Assembly (NCBI GenBank): GCA_963675595.2
Contig: CAXXLZ010000002.1
Coordinates: forward strand, 4,544,001-4,608,000
Length of the DNA stretch: 64,000 nucleotides
Origin: Thermodesulfobacteriota bacterium
GTDB lineage: Bacteria > Desulfobacterota > Desulfarculia > JACQYL01
Reading direction: 5' to 3'
Part shown: piece after piece, positions 41,753 to 51,585 of the stretch
Position numbering within the stretch: position 1 is the first letter of the stretch
Layout: every line of letters begins with the position of its first letter
Translations under genes and position numbers: made by a program
Notes under the pieces: model-generated
Databases searched by the model: none
What the model saw: the letters and a program-made list of their open reading frames with translations, nothing else
Told to the model about the DNA's origin: nothing

Positions 41753-43291
41753 ATGTCCACGGAACTGGTGATCAACTCCAGACCTTATGAAACGCGCGTG
41801 GCCCTTGTGGAAAACGGCACGGTAACCGAGTACCACGTGGAGCGGAGCAGGGAACAGGACATCACCGGGAACATTTTCAAGGGCAGGGTGATCCGCGTGC
41901 TTCCCGGAATGCAGGCGGCTTTTGTGGACATCGGGCTGGAGAAGGCCGCTTTTCTGTACGTGACGGATGTCTACGACAATCTCCGGGAATTCGAGCTGAT
42001 GATGCTGGCTTCCCAAGACGAGACACCCGAGCAGGAAGAGGATATGGCCGACGAGGAGCACTCGGAGCGTCCCATTCTTCGGGAACCTCGTTTTCAAATC
42101 CAGGACTTGTTGCACGAGGGTCAAGAGGTCTTGGTGCAGGTAGCCAAAGAGCCCCTGGGCTCGAAAGGTGCCCGGGTGACCACACATATCTCGCTTCCGG
42201 GGCGAAACCTGGTGTTGATGCCCATGATGGACCATGTGGGCGTATCGCGACGGATCGAAGATGAGCAGGAACGAAAGCGACTGCGGGACATGATCGTGGC
42301 CATGCGGCCGGACGGCATGGGATTCATAGCGCGTACGGCGGCCGAAGGCGAGGAGGAGTCCAAGGTTGCGGCTGAAATGGATTTTCTTCTCAAGCTTTGG
42401 GACAGCACGCAGGATAAGAAGCAGACCGCAAAGACGCCGTCTCTGATTCACAAGGATTTGAGCATCACCCTCCGAGCCGTTCGCGACCTGTTCACCAAGG
42501 AAGTGGACAGCTTGGTCATCGATTCTCTCGAAGAATACGAAGCGGTACTCCAATTCATCCACACGTTCATGCCCAGCCTCACACATGCCGTGGAGCTGTA
42601 CACCGATTCGGAACCCATTTTCGACCGGTACGGCATCGAGATGGAAATTTCCCGGGCGCTCCAGAAGAAGGTCTGGCTCAAATCGGGTGGTTCCATCGTG
42701 ATCGAAATGACCGAAGCTCTGGTCAGCATTGATGTGAACACAGGGCGCTACGTGGGCAAGCGCAACCTTGAAGAAACGATCCTAAAGACCAATTTAGAAG
42801 CGGTGAAGGAGATCGCTTACCAGCTTCGTCTCAGAAATATCGGAGGACTGATCGTTATCGACTTCATCGATATGGAACGGGAGTCGGACCGGGAAAAGGT
42901 GTTCAACGCGCTGAAGGAGGCCTTGAAGAAAGACAAGAGCAAGACGCACGTGCTGCGCATGAGCGAGTTGGGTTTGATCGAAATGACCCGGAAGAGGACC
43001 AGGGACAACATCAACCGGTTTCTGTCGGAGCCCTGCTTCTACTGTGAGGGAGAGGGACATCTCAAGTCCAAGCGGTCCATCTGCTACGATATCTTCCGAA
43101 ATATCGAACGGGAGGCTCGGGAGATTCAAAGCAGCAGCCTATTCGTCAGGGTCCACCCCGAGATTTCCGACATGCTTCTGGACGAAGAAAACCAACACGT
43201 CGAATACCTGGAAAGAAGAATCAAAAAAAGCGTTGTCATCCGACCCTACGAAAGCCTGCACCTCGAGCAATTCCTCATTGGAACCTACTGA
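41753..43291 (+). CDS. rng: Rne/Rng-family ribonuclease
   Basis: GMQAAFVDIG, IDVNTG, TNLEA, IVIDFIDM, CFYC. Confidence 0.92.
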   Translation: MSTELVINSRPYETRVALVENGTVTEYHVERSREQDITGNIFKGRVIRVLPGMQAAFVDIGLEKAAFLYVTDVYDNLREFELMMLASQDETPEQEEDMADEEHSERPILREPRFQIQDLLHEGQEVLVQVAKEPLGSKGARVTTHISLPGRNLVLMPMMDHVGVSRRIEDEQERKRLRDMIVAMRPDGMGFIARTAAEGEEESKVAAEMDFLLKLWDSTQDKKQTAKTPSLIHKDLSITLRAVRDLFTKEVDSLVIDSLEEYEAVLQFIHTFMPSLTHAVELYTDSEPIFDRYGIEMEISRALQKKVWLKSGGSIVIEMTEALVSIDVNTGRYVGKRNLEETILKTNLEAVKEIAYQLRLRNIGGLIVIDFIDMERESDREKVFNALKEALKKDKSKTHVLRMSELGLIEMTRKRTRDNINRFLSEPCFYCEGEGHLKSKRSICYDIFRNIEREAREIQSSSLFVRVHPEISDMLLDEENQHVEYLERRIKKSVVIRPYESLHLEQFLIGTY

Positions 43292-43468
43292 AGTTACCTC
43301 CGGCATCGAACCAATCCGAATAGATTTCCATAGTTGGTGCATACGGTTGACTTGAATCAAGGACGAACGGCGTCCCGGTGATTAAGGTATGCTTGAGTGA
43401 GGATGGGGCTGTCGATCGCAGGCCCTAATGCGAAAAGAGTTTGCACAGGATCACCGGGAGCGGACTTC

Positions 43469-44287
43469 ATGGAATGGACTGCAGATGCGAGGGAGCTTCT
43501 TTCAAAGGTTCCGTTTTTCGTTCGAAAGCGCGTGAAAAAACGGGTCGAGGAGGAAGCCGGACGCGTGGGAGCGTCCGGAGTCACCGGCGAGCATGTACGG
43601 GCCTGCCAAAGGCGCTTTCTCGATAATATGGAGGATGAGGTCAAGGGATACCAGGTCGAGACTTGTTTCGGAGCCGGTGGGTGTCCCAACCGCGCGGTGG
43701 AGGATCCGGACCTGATTGGAGAGATCACGAGCGAATTGACTTCCCGCGGCTTGAGGGAGTTCCTCAAGGCGCGAGTGGGTGGACCGCTTAAAATGCACCA
43801 TGAATTCCGTGTCTGCGTTTCCGATTGTCCCAATGCTTGCTCCAGACCCCAAATTGTGGACTTCGGACTTATTGGGGCTTGTTTGCCCGAGGTTTCAGCC
43901 GAGGAAGCATGCACTCAATGCGGAGTCTGTGTGGATATCTGTCGTGAGAAGGCCGTCGAGCTTCATCGAGTGGATGGACGAGTGCGACCGGTGGTGGACT
44001 ACTCCCGTTGCCTGGCCTGCGGACAATGCATCCGTGATTGCCCGTCCGGGACGTTACGCAAGGGTGCCCAAGGTTATCGGGTACTGCTGGGCGGCAAACT
44101 GGGTCGTCATCCCCGACTGGGCAGGGAGCTGCCGGGTGTTTATTCAGGAAAGGAAGTCCTGGGGCTGCTGGGATCATGCTTGGATCACTACACGAAGCAT
44201 TGCGTCCGAGGTGAGCGATTCGGAGAAATCCTGCAACGGAAGAGCATCGAGGCCTTACCCGACGCGAAAGGCGAAACCGTTTGTTGA
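43469..44287 (+). CDS. PCP_red domain + nitrite/sulfite reductase 4Fe-4S domain + 2[4Fe-4S] ferredoxin protein
   Basis: WTADARELLSKVPFFVRKR; CX5C (CFGAGGC), CX3C (CPNAC); two CxxCxxCxxxC motifs. Confidence 0.8.
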   Translation: MEWTADARELLSKVPFFVRKRVKKRVEEEAGRVGASGVTGEHVRACQRRFLDNMEDEVKGYQVETCFGAGGCPNRAVEDPDLIGEITSELTSRGLREFLKARVGGPLKMHHEFRVCVSDCPNACSRPQIVDFGLIGACLPEVSAEEACTQCGVCVDICREKAVELHRVDGRVRPVVDYSRCLACGQCIRDCPSGTLRKGAQGYRVLLGGKLGRHPRLGRELPGVYSGKEVLGLLGSCLDHYTKHCVRGERFGEILQRKSIEALPDAKGETVC

Positions 44288-44369
44288 GCGCCCCTCCGAG
44301 GAGCGACGCTTGGGTGTGCGAAAATTCCCTTCAAACCTCCATTGCGTGCTCAGAAACGGATTTGGCCGC

Positions 44370-44993
44370 CTATTTTGAAGGAATACGCACGGAATCGTCG
44401 TTGTAGCTTCCTCTTTCCGCGCCCGCATGGCACGCGGGACAGTTTGACGGCGTACCAATGGAGGGACGCGCGAATACATCGGCGGATATCTTGCGGTGTT
44501 CTTGGCGAATCTTCGGCACCTCCGTCACCCTCAAAGGGGTCCCGGAGCCGAGGCTCTCCATAATCTCTCGGGCCGTTTCGCAGTCGGACCGATCAGCCGC
44601 GTTCGCCTTGAGATACGCGGCGATTTCTTCGGCTTGTGAAGGGCTCAGCTCTATTGCCTCTCCGAAGTGATCGCCCCGCGACTCGAGGATTCGTCCCCAA
44701 GAACCGGACGGAAGGAGAGCGGGCTGGTATGCGAAATGACATCCACCGCAGTTCTCCTTGTAGGCCGCATGGTCCACCGGAGGGACCGAATCTTCTTCTG
44801 TTTCTCCGCCGTGGTGTCTCTTTCGATTTTTTCCTCCCCCGTGCCCTCGTCTTTCCCCATCGTCGTGCTCTGAGTCTCGACTCCATCCGTGACCCCACCC
44901 ATGGCCGTTTTCACGGGCAACCACCACGCCGACGGCAAGCCCCAGGCATACAAGGAATACCACGCACAAGAAGATCGCTTTGATGTATCTCAT
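44370..44993 (-). CDS. diheme cytochrome c (DHC family)
   Basis: Signal peptide; CGGCH and CPACH; DHFG. Confidence 0.88.
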   Translation of the reverse strand: MRYIKAIFLCVVFLVCLGLAVGVVVARENGHGWGHGWSRDSEHDDGERRGHGGGKNRKRHHGGETEEDSVPPVDHAAYKENCGGCHFAYQPALLPSGSWGRILESRGDHFGEAIELSPSQAEEIAAYLKANAADRSDCETAREIMESLGSGTPLRVTEVPKIRQEHRKISADVFARPSIGTPSNCPACHAGAERGSYNDDSVRIPSK

Positions 44994-45169
44994 CCCAACT
45001 CCTGCGAATATGATTATCTGTGCAACCTGTTTAGATCAGAGCGAAGTCCGAGTCAAGGAGCCCGAGGTTTCCTCCTTCCCCTGTGACCTCTTTCGTCTTG
45101 AACGGTATAGAGCATATCGGACGGCATATTCGACTCACGTTTTTCATGATCGCAACAGGGGAGGGGCCC

Positions 45170-46684
45170 ATGGCCTTTTTCAGGGAGTTGGTATGGACCA
45201 TGATGATTCTCTGCGTCGGAGTGTGCGCGGCACCTCGGACAATGAACGGCGGAGACGCTTGGGCGGCATCCTGCGGTCGGCTCTCCTTCTCCAAAATCAC
45301 CTTGGGCTATATGGAGACCGTGGACAAGGTTTATGTGGAAGCGCAGCCTCTTTGCCAATGGACCGCCGAGAGTCATGACGACTGGATCCATATTCTGGAG
45401 GGGAGCCAAGGGACCGGAAGAGGCGAGGTGGTTTTTCGGGCGGATTTCCACGGCACCGAAGGAGAGCGCACCGGGACCATGACCATTGCCGGGGAGACGT
45501 TTACCGTTCTCCAATACGACATGTGCGGAGGAACCCTCGAACCGGAAGGCGTCAGAGTGAGCGGGAACGGAGGCGAGGGTACGGTCCGAGTGATCCCGTG
45601 GCACGACGACTGCACCTGGTCCCGATCAAGCAACGACGACTGGATCTGGATCATGAACAACCCGAGTTTCTACGGAGTGCAGGATATGGAATACCAGGTC
45701 CTGTGCAATCTCGATCCTGAACCTCGGACCGGCAGCCTGACTCTGGCAGGTCAAACCTTCACGGTGGAACAGGAAGGGAGTCCTTGGATTCCCCAGGACA
45801 CCGGAACGGAGGTCTACCTCCACTCCGTGTGGGGATCGTCGGCCGACGACGTGTTCGCCGTGGGCACCTCCGGCACCATCGTACATTTCGACGGCGGCGG
45901 GTGGTCCTCCATGAGCTCGGGAACGACTCGAGATCTTTACGACATCTGGGGTTCTTCGGGCGACGATGTCTACGCAGTGGGGGGAGAGGAGGCCATCCTG
46001 CATTATGACGGAAAACAGTGGTCCCCCAATGCCGTTGGCTGCGGGGCTTCGTATCTTTACTTCGGAGTGTGGGGAAGCTCGGAAAACGATGTGTTCATCG
46101 TCGGAGGATCGCTCGATGGATCCGTCATACTCCATTACGATGGGACCACCTGGGACGTGTTCAAAGGTCTCTCCGCCTATCCGTTGATGGAGATATGGGG
46201 ATCGGCGCCCGACGATGTGTATACCATCGCGAACTATGGAGCGGTCTTTCACTATGACGGAATTCAATGGTCCCAAATCCACACGGATTTGGGACCGTGG
46301 CTTTATCATATATGGGGTGTGGCGGGCGGCGGCGTGTATTTTACGGGGAGTGATGGAGCGATCATCAGGTATGACGGACAGGAATGGGTTTTCATGGAGA
46401 GCGGAACCACTTATTGGCTGGGCGAGATTTGGGGAAGTTCGGAAAAAGATATGTACGTGGTGGCCGGCGGAGACCTTGTGTTGCATTACGACGGTCATGA
46501 GTGGACGACCATCCGCCATGACCTTTCGGGGTACGGCACAGGGCTCAGCGGAGTGTGGGGAGATGGAAAAGGGGTGGTGTATGCATGCGGGGATGCGGGC
46601 ACGGTTTACCGGGCTGAAATGGGCGTACCCCGACACAACGGGAACGCTTTGATGCATCCCCTGAGTCTTCTGTTGGAGGACTGA
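45170..46684 (+). CDS. secreted protein with two BACON-like domains and WGSS-x-DV beta-propeller repeats
   Basis: CQWTAES..WI and RTG.TIAG.TFTV.Q twice; ~7 repeats of (V/I)WGSS.DDVY.VG..G.I.HYDG..W. Confidence 0.78.
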   Translation: MAFFRELVWTMMILCVGVCAAPRTMNGGDAWAASCGRLSFSKITLGYMETVDKVYVEAQPLCQWTAESHDDWIHILEGSQGTGRGEVVFRADFHGTEGERTGTMTIAGETFTVLQYDMCGGTLEPEGVRVSGNGGEGTVRVIPWHDDCTWSRSSNDDWIWIMNNPSFYGVQDMEYQVLCNLDPEPRTGSLTLAGQTFTVEQEGSPWIPQDTGTEVYLHSVWGSSADDVFAVGTSGTIVHFDGGGWSSMSSGTTRDLYDIWGSSGDDVYAVGGEEAILHYDGKQWSPNAVGCGASYLYFGVWGSSENDVFIVGGSLDGSVILHYDGTTWDVFKGLSAYPLMEIWGSAPDDVYTIANYGAVFHYDGIQWSQIHTDLGPWLYHIWGVAGGGVYFTGSDGAIIRYDGQEWVFMESGTTYWLGEIWGSSEKDMYVVAGGDLVLHYDGHEWTTIRHDLSGYGTGLSGVWGDGKGVVYACGDAGTVYRAEMGVPRHNGNALMHPLSLLLED

Positions 46685-46797
46685 GGGTGGACTGGGGCGA
46701 TGTCCGCGGGTGGTCCGGCGCGCCTCGCTTCAACTCGGTCGGAATTCTCTTCGGCGAGCACTCCGACCGGAGACGGATGGACCCGTCGGTCGGGTTC

Positions 46798-46992
46798 CTA
46801 ATCAATAATCTCGATGGCTTCGTTGGGACACGCCCGGGCCGCCTCGCAACACTTTCCCCGCAGAGACTCGGGAATCTTCTCCATAATGACGGCGGCTTTC
46901 TTGCTGCCCTCCTGGAAACGGAACACTTCAGGACATATCTGAACGCATTTTCCCACGGTTCCACACTTGATTTGATCGACTTTCGCTTTCAT
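46798..46992 (-). CDS. single-cluster ferredoxin (3Fe-4S type)
   Basis: C-x5-C-x3-CP ... CP..AI. Confidence 0.85.
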   Translation of the reverse strand: MKAKVDQIKCGTVGKCVQICPEVFRFQEGSKKAAVIMEKIPESLRGKCCEAARACPNEAIEIID

Positions 46993-47059
46993 ATCTCGCT
47001 TTCATTCAAAAAGTTGATAGAGCCGAAACCAAACGGAGCGTACCCGCGGACGGTGCGTG

Positions 47060-47596
47060 TCATTGGGGAGTTACGCCTCCGCCTCCGAACAAGACGAAAA
47101 GCAGGAACACGAGCAGTGCCTGGGCCGTCCATCCGATAAGGCAGACCCCGACGGCACGCAAGGTACTTGTGTAGTCCAAGGCCTGCCTCACGGCGATGAC
47201 CATGGCCACCAACATCCAGGCTCCGCCTACCAGAAAGACCAGACCCGTTAGGCCGGGGATGATGCCCAGGATACGGATTAAACCGGGTGCGCTGGAGAAC
47301 CCGATGGTACGCAGCAATTCACCGTGATCCGATCGGGTTTGAGGTTCGGCAAGCCATTTGGTGCCTACGTAATAGGTCAAAAACGCCCAGACATACCAAC
47401 CGACCAGGGCGAATGCCGTGCCCATGAGCATGCCGGCGATGCCTGCGGTCCGCAAGGTGGCTATGCCGGCCGCCAGACTGGAGAGAACCACCACCAGCAT
47501 GGCCTGTCCCATGGCATTCTTGTCCGCCTCCACCTCTTCGTACAAAGCCACGTCCAGTTTGGCGGCGCGAATGATGCGAATCTTGAAGTCCGTCAT
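47060..47596 (-). CDS. YIP1-family membrane protein
   Basis: YEEVE, LLRTIGFS, AVRQALD; five TM segments. Confidence 0.8.
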   Translation of the reverse strand: MTDFKIRIIRAAKLDVALYEEVEADKNAMGQAMLVVVLSSLAAGIATLRTAGIAGMLMGTAFALVGWYVWAFLTYYVGTKWLAEPQTRSDHGELLRTIGFSSAPGLIRILGIIPGLTGLVFLVGGAWMLVAMVIAVRQALDYTSTLRAVGVCLIGWTAQALLVFLLFVLFGGGGVTPQ

Positions 47597-48003
47597 CGAT
47601 CCTCCCGGTAGATCGTTTTGTGGATGGCCGTTCTATTATCGGCCTTCCATACCATGCACGAAACCCGACTTTTATTGAAGACTCCCACCTTGGGTCCCCG
47701 GCTCCTCGTAGTTGGAACGGATGCGTCCCTCATGCCGTCGTCCTTCACCGGCCTTGGATGCGCGGCCTTTTCAACGAGGAAACAACACCAAGAACAGCTC
47801 TCCGAATCCCGACAAGCGTAGCCCATGATCCGGCCGACTTTCAAGCAATTACCGTTTGTTACGGAAGGGATCGTTCTATGCAAGGTCGGAACGGCGGCAC
47901 AAAAAGTGGGCTCGTCCGACGGCTTCTTTGAAAAATGCCGCGGCTTCTTATACACTTTGATGTGGAATTCATCCCGCGCCCCTTTTCAGGAATGGATACG
48001 TCC

Positions 48004-50703
48004 ATGTGTGAAAACCTCTTCAATCGAATCAAGGCAGTCAAGCCCGATTGTTTCGGAGCCGGCCGGCGATTGTTCGGTTTCCTGGTAAGGGGATGGGTGT
48101 ACGGGTTGATCCTTCTGGCGGTGGTTTCGGTTTCGGCGGGATCGCCGTCGAGTGCCGGTGCCGTCAACGGCGGCAAACACGATTCGACCCTCAAAGTACT
48201 GCCCGGAGAGCACGGAAGCGATCAAGGAAAGTCTTCGACAAAGGATGGAAGCACAGAGGCCAAGCCTGTGCGTTCCTCTTCGGAGAGCGAAGACCGAAAG
48301 CATGACGCAAGGTCGTTCGAAGCGACTCTCTCGGGTCAAGGGTGGGTGGACTTCTCGGGGGGCGGCTTTTCCCTGAAGAGCCTGAACGTGGATTTCGGCA
48401 GGTTCGGGGGGCTTACCGGAAGGCTGTCCGTGGAAGCGGGGCAAGCGCCCCAAGGCAAAGTCGATGCCCGTTTGTCGAAACCCGGCGAGCTCGTGGAGCT
48501 GTTTTCCTTCCTCATTCCCGAAGGGCTGCGGGGATTCTGCATGGATGGAGACATCCGAATTCTCGCGGAATGGGCGGATGATCCACCTCGAATGTCCGCC
48601 GAATTGAACTGCGACGGAGCACGGATCTTCCGTTCCTCCGACGGACTTGATGTTCGGTTCACGGGGAACGTCCGATGGACCCGCGCGCTTTCCGAGGACG
48701 GGGAATTCGATTTCAGGGTGGATGGTCGAGGTGATTTTCAGTGGCGAGATATCCGTTTGGCGGGTACGCGGATTTCGGGCAACTGGCGCCGAGAAGGTGG
48801 TGAAACGCGGCTGGAGCGGATGCGTCTGCAGATCGAACCGGAGAGAGTAACGTTTAAGGGGAAGCCTTTTCCTTTGGAGCGCGTCGATCTGGACACCGAT
48901 TTTCAACGACTTGAAAATGGCGCCGTGCGGGTTCGGCGTCTGATTTTTTCCGAAAAACAGTTGGGCGAGATCCAAGGGGCCTTCGTCGTGCATCCCCGAA
49001 CCTTGGAGGAAAGTTCCGGCTCTCTTCGAGCCGAGAACCTCGCGCTGGGTCGTGTCCTTCGCTGGATCGCCGCGATCACGGGGTGGGAGCTTGGTGGGGT
49101 GGAGGTCTCCGGGCGAGGCGATTTGGCCGTTCGTCTCATGCCGGACCGGAATAGTCGGAAGCTTTCCGCATCCCTGCGTTGGAAGGACCTGGCTTTCTCG
49201 TCCGCGGACGGCAACCTGATGGCGGAGGGCGCTCAAGGTGAAATCAGCGCTTCCCTTGGCCCGGGTACGGACAGGCCCTTTGCGATCGAAGCGAAGTCGT
49301 ACCGGGGGCAACTCCTGGCCGGCACCGTCTTCCTGGATTTGGCGAATGCTCCTTTCAGCTTCCGAGGAGCGGGAAATCTGTCCGCTCAGAGCTCAATGGA
49401 GGATTTCTCCGCCGAACTGAGCTTTGAGAAGCTGATCCGACTGAACCTGAGTCGTGCATCGTGCGGGAGGACGCCCGAAGGACTCAGGTATTCCGGTGAC
49501 CTGAGCATCAAGAATCCCGACCTGCCGAAGCTCCTGGACCTGCTGGTGAAACAACCCATGGCAATCAGCCGGCCCGGCGTCTCCGAATTGGAGGTCGGCG
49601 GAGACCTGGAACTCGGCTGCCGTTTTCAAGGAACACCGGAAAGCCTCAGGATTGTTGGGCGGTTGGACCTCAGCAATCTGAACGCTTCTTATCCCGCTTC
49701 GGAATTCTCCGCCCGGAACCTTCAACTGGAACTTCCCTTTCATTATGTTTTCGGGGGCTCGCCTGACGAGCCTCCCGAACTTCCGCCCGAGCGTTGGGGT
49801 AGACTGGCGTGCGACGAATTGAGCGTGGGTTCCCAGATCCGCATGCCCCTCCGTCTGTCCGTCGCCATGGTCCCGAACCTATTTTTGGTGAAAGAGGATC
49901 TCGACCTGCCCGTGATGGGCGGCAAAGTCATTTTGTCCCACATGGTAGTGAAGGAACCTCTCTCAAAAGGCTATGAGGCTTCCATGGCCGCACGGATCGA
50001 AAGTCTCGATCTCGCCCGATTCGGATCGGCGTCTTTTCCCCTGGAAGGGACTCTCAACGGAGACTTTCCCGCAACGAGCCTGAGCGCCAAGAAATTGCAG
50101 GCATTGGGTCGCGTATCCGGCCGGGTATTCGGAGGCGAATTGACGGCACGGAATTTCGAAATTGCGCGTCCCCTTTCCCAAGGGCGGGTCCTGGGAGTTG
50201 AAGAGGCCCGACTACGACTCGCGGATCTGGAACGCATGACCCAAGCCTTGCAGGTCGGCAAGGTTTTGGGTCGAGTAGACGCCCAATTACAGGGATTTCA
50301 GATGGCCTATGGTCAACCGGCGGCTTTTCAACTGAAGGTCGAATCCGTGCCTGTGGACGATGTTCCTCGCAAGATCAGCTTGGAGGCGGTGAATTCCATA
50401 TCCGTGGTGGGAACCGGGAGCGGTATCGGCAACGCGGGAGTCAATATATTCGCTTCGTTTTTTGATGAGTTCCGGTATCAGTCCATCGGAATTTCCTGCA
50501 GTCTCAAGAACGACGTTTTTCGTGTCCGAGGACTTATCCATGACGGGGGCGTCGAATATCTGGTTAAACGGCCTCCGCTGTTCGGTATCAATGTGATTAA
50601 CCGAAATCCCGATAACCGGATATCGTTTTCTGATATGATGGAACGGATCCGACGTATTCGAAGCGATTCCAAGAAGAAAGGAGCGACCGATGAAAAGGAA
50701 TAA
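48004..50703 (+). CDS. YdbH/AsmA-like bridge-type lipid transfer protein (start uncertain, 47935-48004)
   Basis: N-terminal TM, beta-rich; C-terminal ISLEAVNSI..G, F.Y..IG..C.L.ND; upstream of YdbL. Confidence 0.7.
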   Translation: MCENLFNRIKAVKPDCFGAGRRLFGFLVRGWVYGLILLAVVSVSAGSPSSAGAVNGGKHDSTLKVLPGEHGSDQGKSSTKDGSTEAKPVRSSSESEDRKHDARSFEATLSGQGWVDFSGGGFSLKSLNVDFGRFGGLTGRLSVEAGQAPQGKVDARLSKPGELVELFSFLIPEGLRGFCMDGDIRILAEWADDPPRMSAELNCDGARIFRSSDGLDVRFTGNVRWTRALSEDGEFDFRVDGRGDFQWRDIRLAGTRISGNWRREGGETRLERMRLQIEPERVTFKGKPFPLERVDLDTDFQRLENGAVRVRRLIFSEKQLGEIQGAFVVHPRTLEESSGSLRAENLALGRVLRWIAAITGWELGGVEVSGRGDLAVRLMPDRNSRKLSASLRWKDLAFSSADGNLMAEGAQGEISASLGPGTDRPFAIEAKSYRGQLLAGTVFLDLANAPFSFRGAGNLSAQSSMEDFSAELSFEKLIRLNLSRASCGRTPEGLRYSGDLSIKNPDLPKLLDLLVKQPMAISRPGVSELEVGGDLELGCRFQGTPESLRIVGRLDLSNLNASYPASEFSARNLQLELPFHYVFGGSPDEPPELPPERWGRLACDELSVGSQIRMPLRLSVAMVPNLFLVKEDLDLPVMGGKVILSHMVVKEPLSKGYEASMAARIESLDLARFGSASFPLEGTLNGDFPATSLSAKKLQALGRVSGRVFGGELTARNFEIARPLSQGRVLGVEEARLRLADLERMTQALQVGKVLGRVDAQLQGFQMAYGQPAAFQLKVESVPVDDVPRKISLEAVNSISVVGTGSGIGNAGVNIFASFFDEFRYQSIGISCSLKNDVFRVRGLIHDGGVEYLVKRPPLFGINVINRNPDNRISFSDMMERIRRIRSDSKKKGATDEKE

Positions 50704-51283
50704 ATGGCTGTTCATGGGACTGGCGGCCCTGCTCGCGGCCTGTGTTACGGTGAATATTTATTTCCCCGCGGCGGAGGTGGAACGCGCGGCGGACAAGATC
50801 GTGGACGATGTGTATGGAGTGAAGCCCACGGGAAACGGTGACGAAAAGGGAAAACCCGATGGACCTTCCCAAGGATCCTTGATACGGCTTCTGGCCGAGT
50901 TCCTGGAACCTGCGGACGCCCATGCTCAGGAGGCCGTTAGTGTAAGCAATGCGACGATTCGGGGGCTCAAGAATCAACTTGGGGAGAACCACAGGCAACT
51001 GAGGCCATTTTACGATCAGGGTAATGTGGGGATCGATCGGAACGGGTACCTTGTCCTTCGTGACACCCAAGGCCTGCCGCTTCAGCAGCTCGCCCTGCTC
51101 AAGCGTCTCGTGAACGAAGACAATAGTCTCAGGAAACAACTTTACAGGGAAGTCGCCAAGGCTTTGAACGTTGCTTCAGACCAAGTAGACCGTATCGAAG
51201 CGATCTTCGCCGGACACTGGAGGCAAAAAGCCTTATCCGGGTGGTGGGTCCAGCGGGACGACGGTTCCTGGGTCCGCAATTAA
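50690..51283 (+). CDS. lipoprotein with YnbE-like N-terminus and YdbL (DUF1318) domain
   Basis: LAACVTVNIYFP; EDNSLRKQLY, GWWVQ..DG.W. Confidence 0.78.
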   Translation: MKRNKWLFMGLAALLAACVTVNIYFPAAEVERAADKIVDDVYGVKPTGNGDEKGKPDGPSQGSLIRLLAEFLEPADAHAQEAVSVSNATIRGLKNQLGENHRQLRPFYDQGNVGIDRNGYLVLRDTQGLPLQQLALLKRLVNEDNSLRKQLYREVAKALNVASDQVDRIEAIFAGHWRQKALSGWWVQRDDGSWVRN

Positions 51284-51585
51284 CACGGGGTTGCGTAAAT
51301 GGAATACCGGGGGTGCGGACGACCCAGCGTGCCCGGGATATTCCGGAAAACTCCTGCGCATGGTGGTAACGTCCGCGGGGGAGTGCCCGGGTTGGATCGA
51401 GAGGAGGCTCTGCGGGTGTTTGCGCGCCGTTGCCTTTTTCCCAAAGGTGACCAAGTTCCGCATATGCACATCGGTGCATATCCGCATCGGTCCACCAAAT
51501 CCGGGGGCGTTGGAATGCCCTCCGCCTTGCCGGGGAGCCTTCCAAGGACGGAGTGTTTACGGACTCAACCAAGCTTGATGGGACC

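Noticed and set aside
45820-46570. Periodic repeats suggesting a CRISPR or tandem array
   Set aside because: In-frame protein beta-propeller repeats with synonymous variation.
51395-51445. c-di-GMP-I riboswitch-like words on the minus strand, and at ~14821 on the plus strand
   Set aside because: The P2 stem does not pair and the GACGCAAA core is absent.
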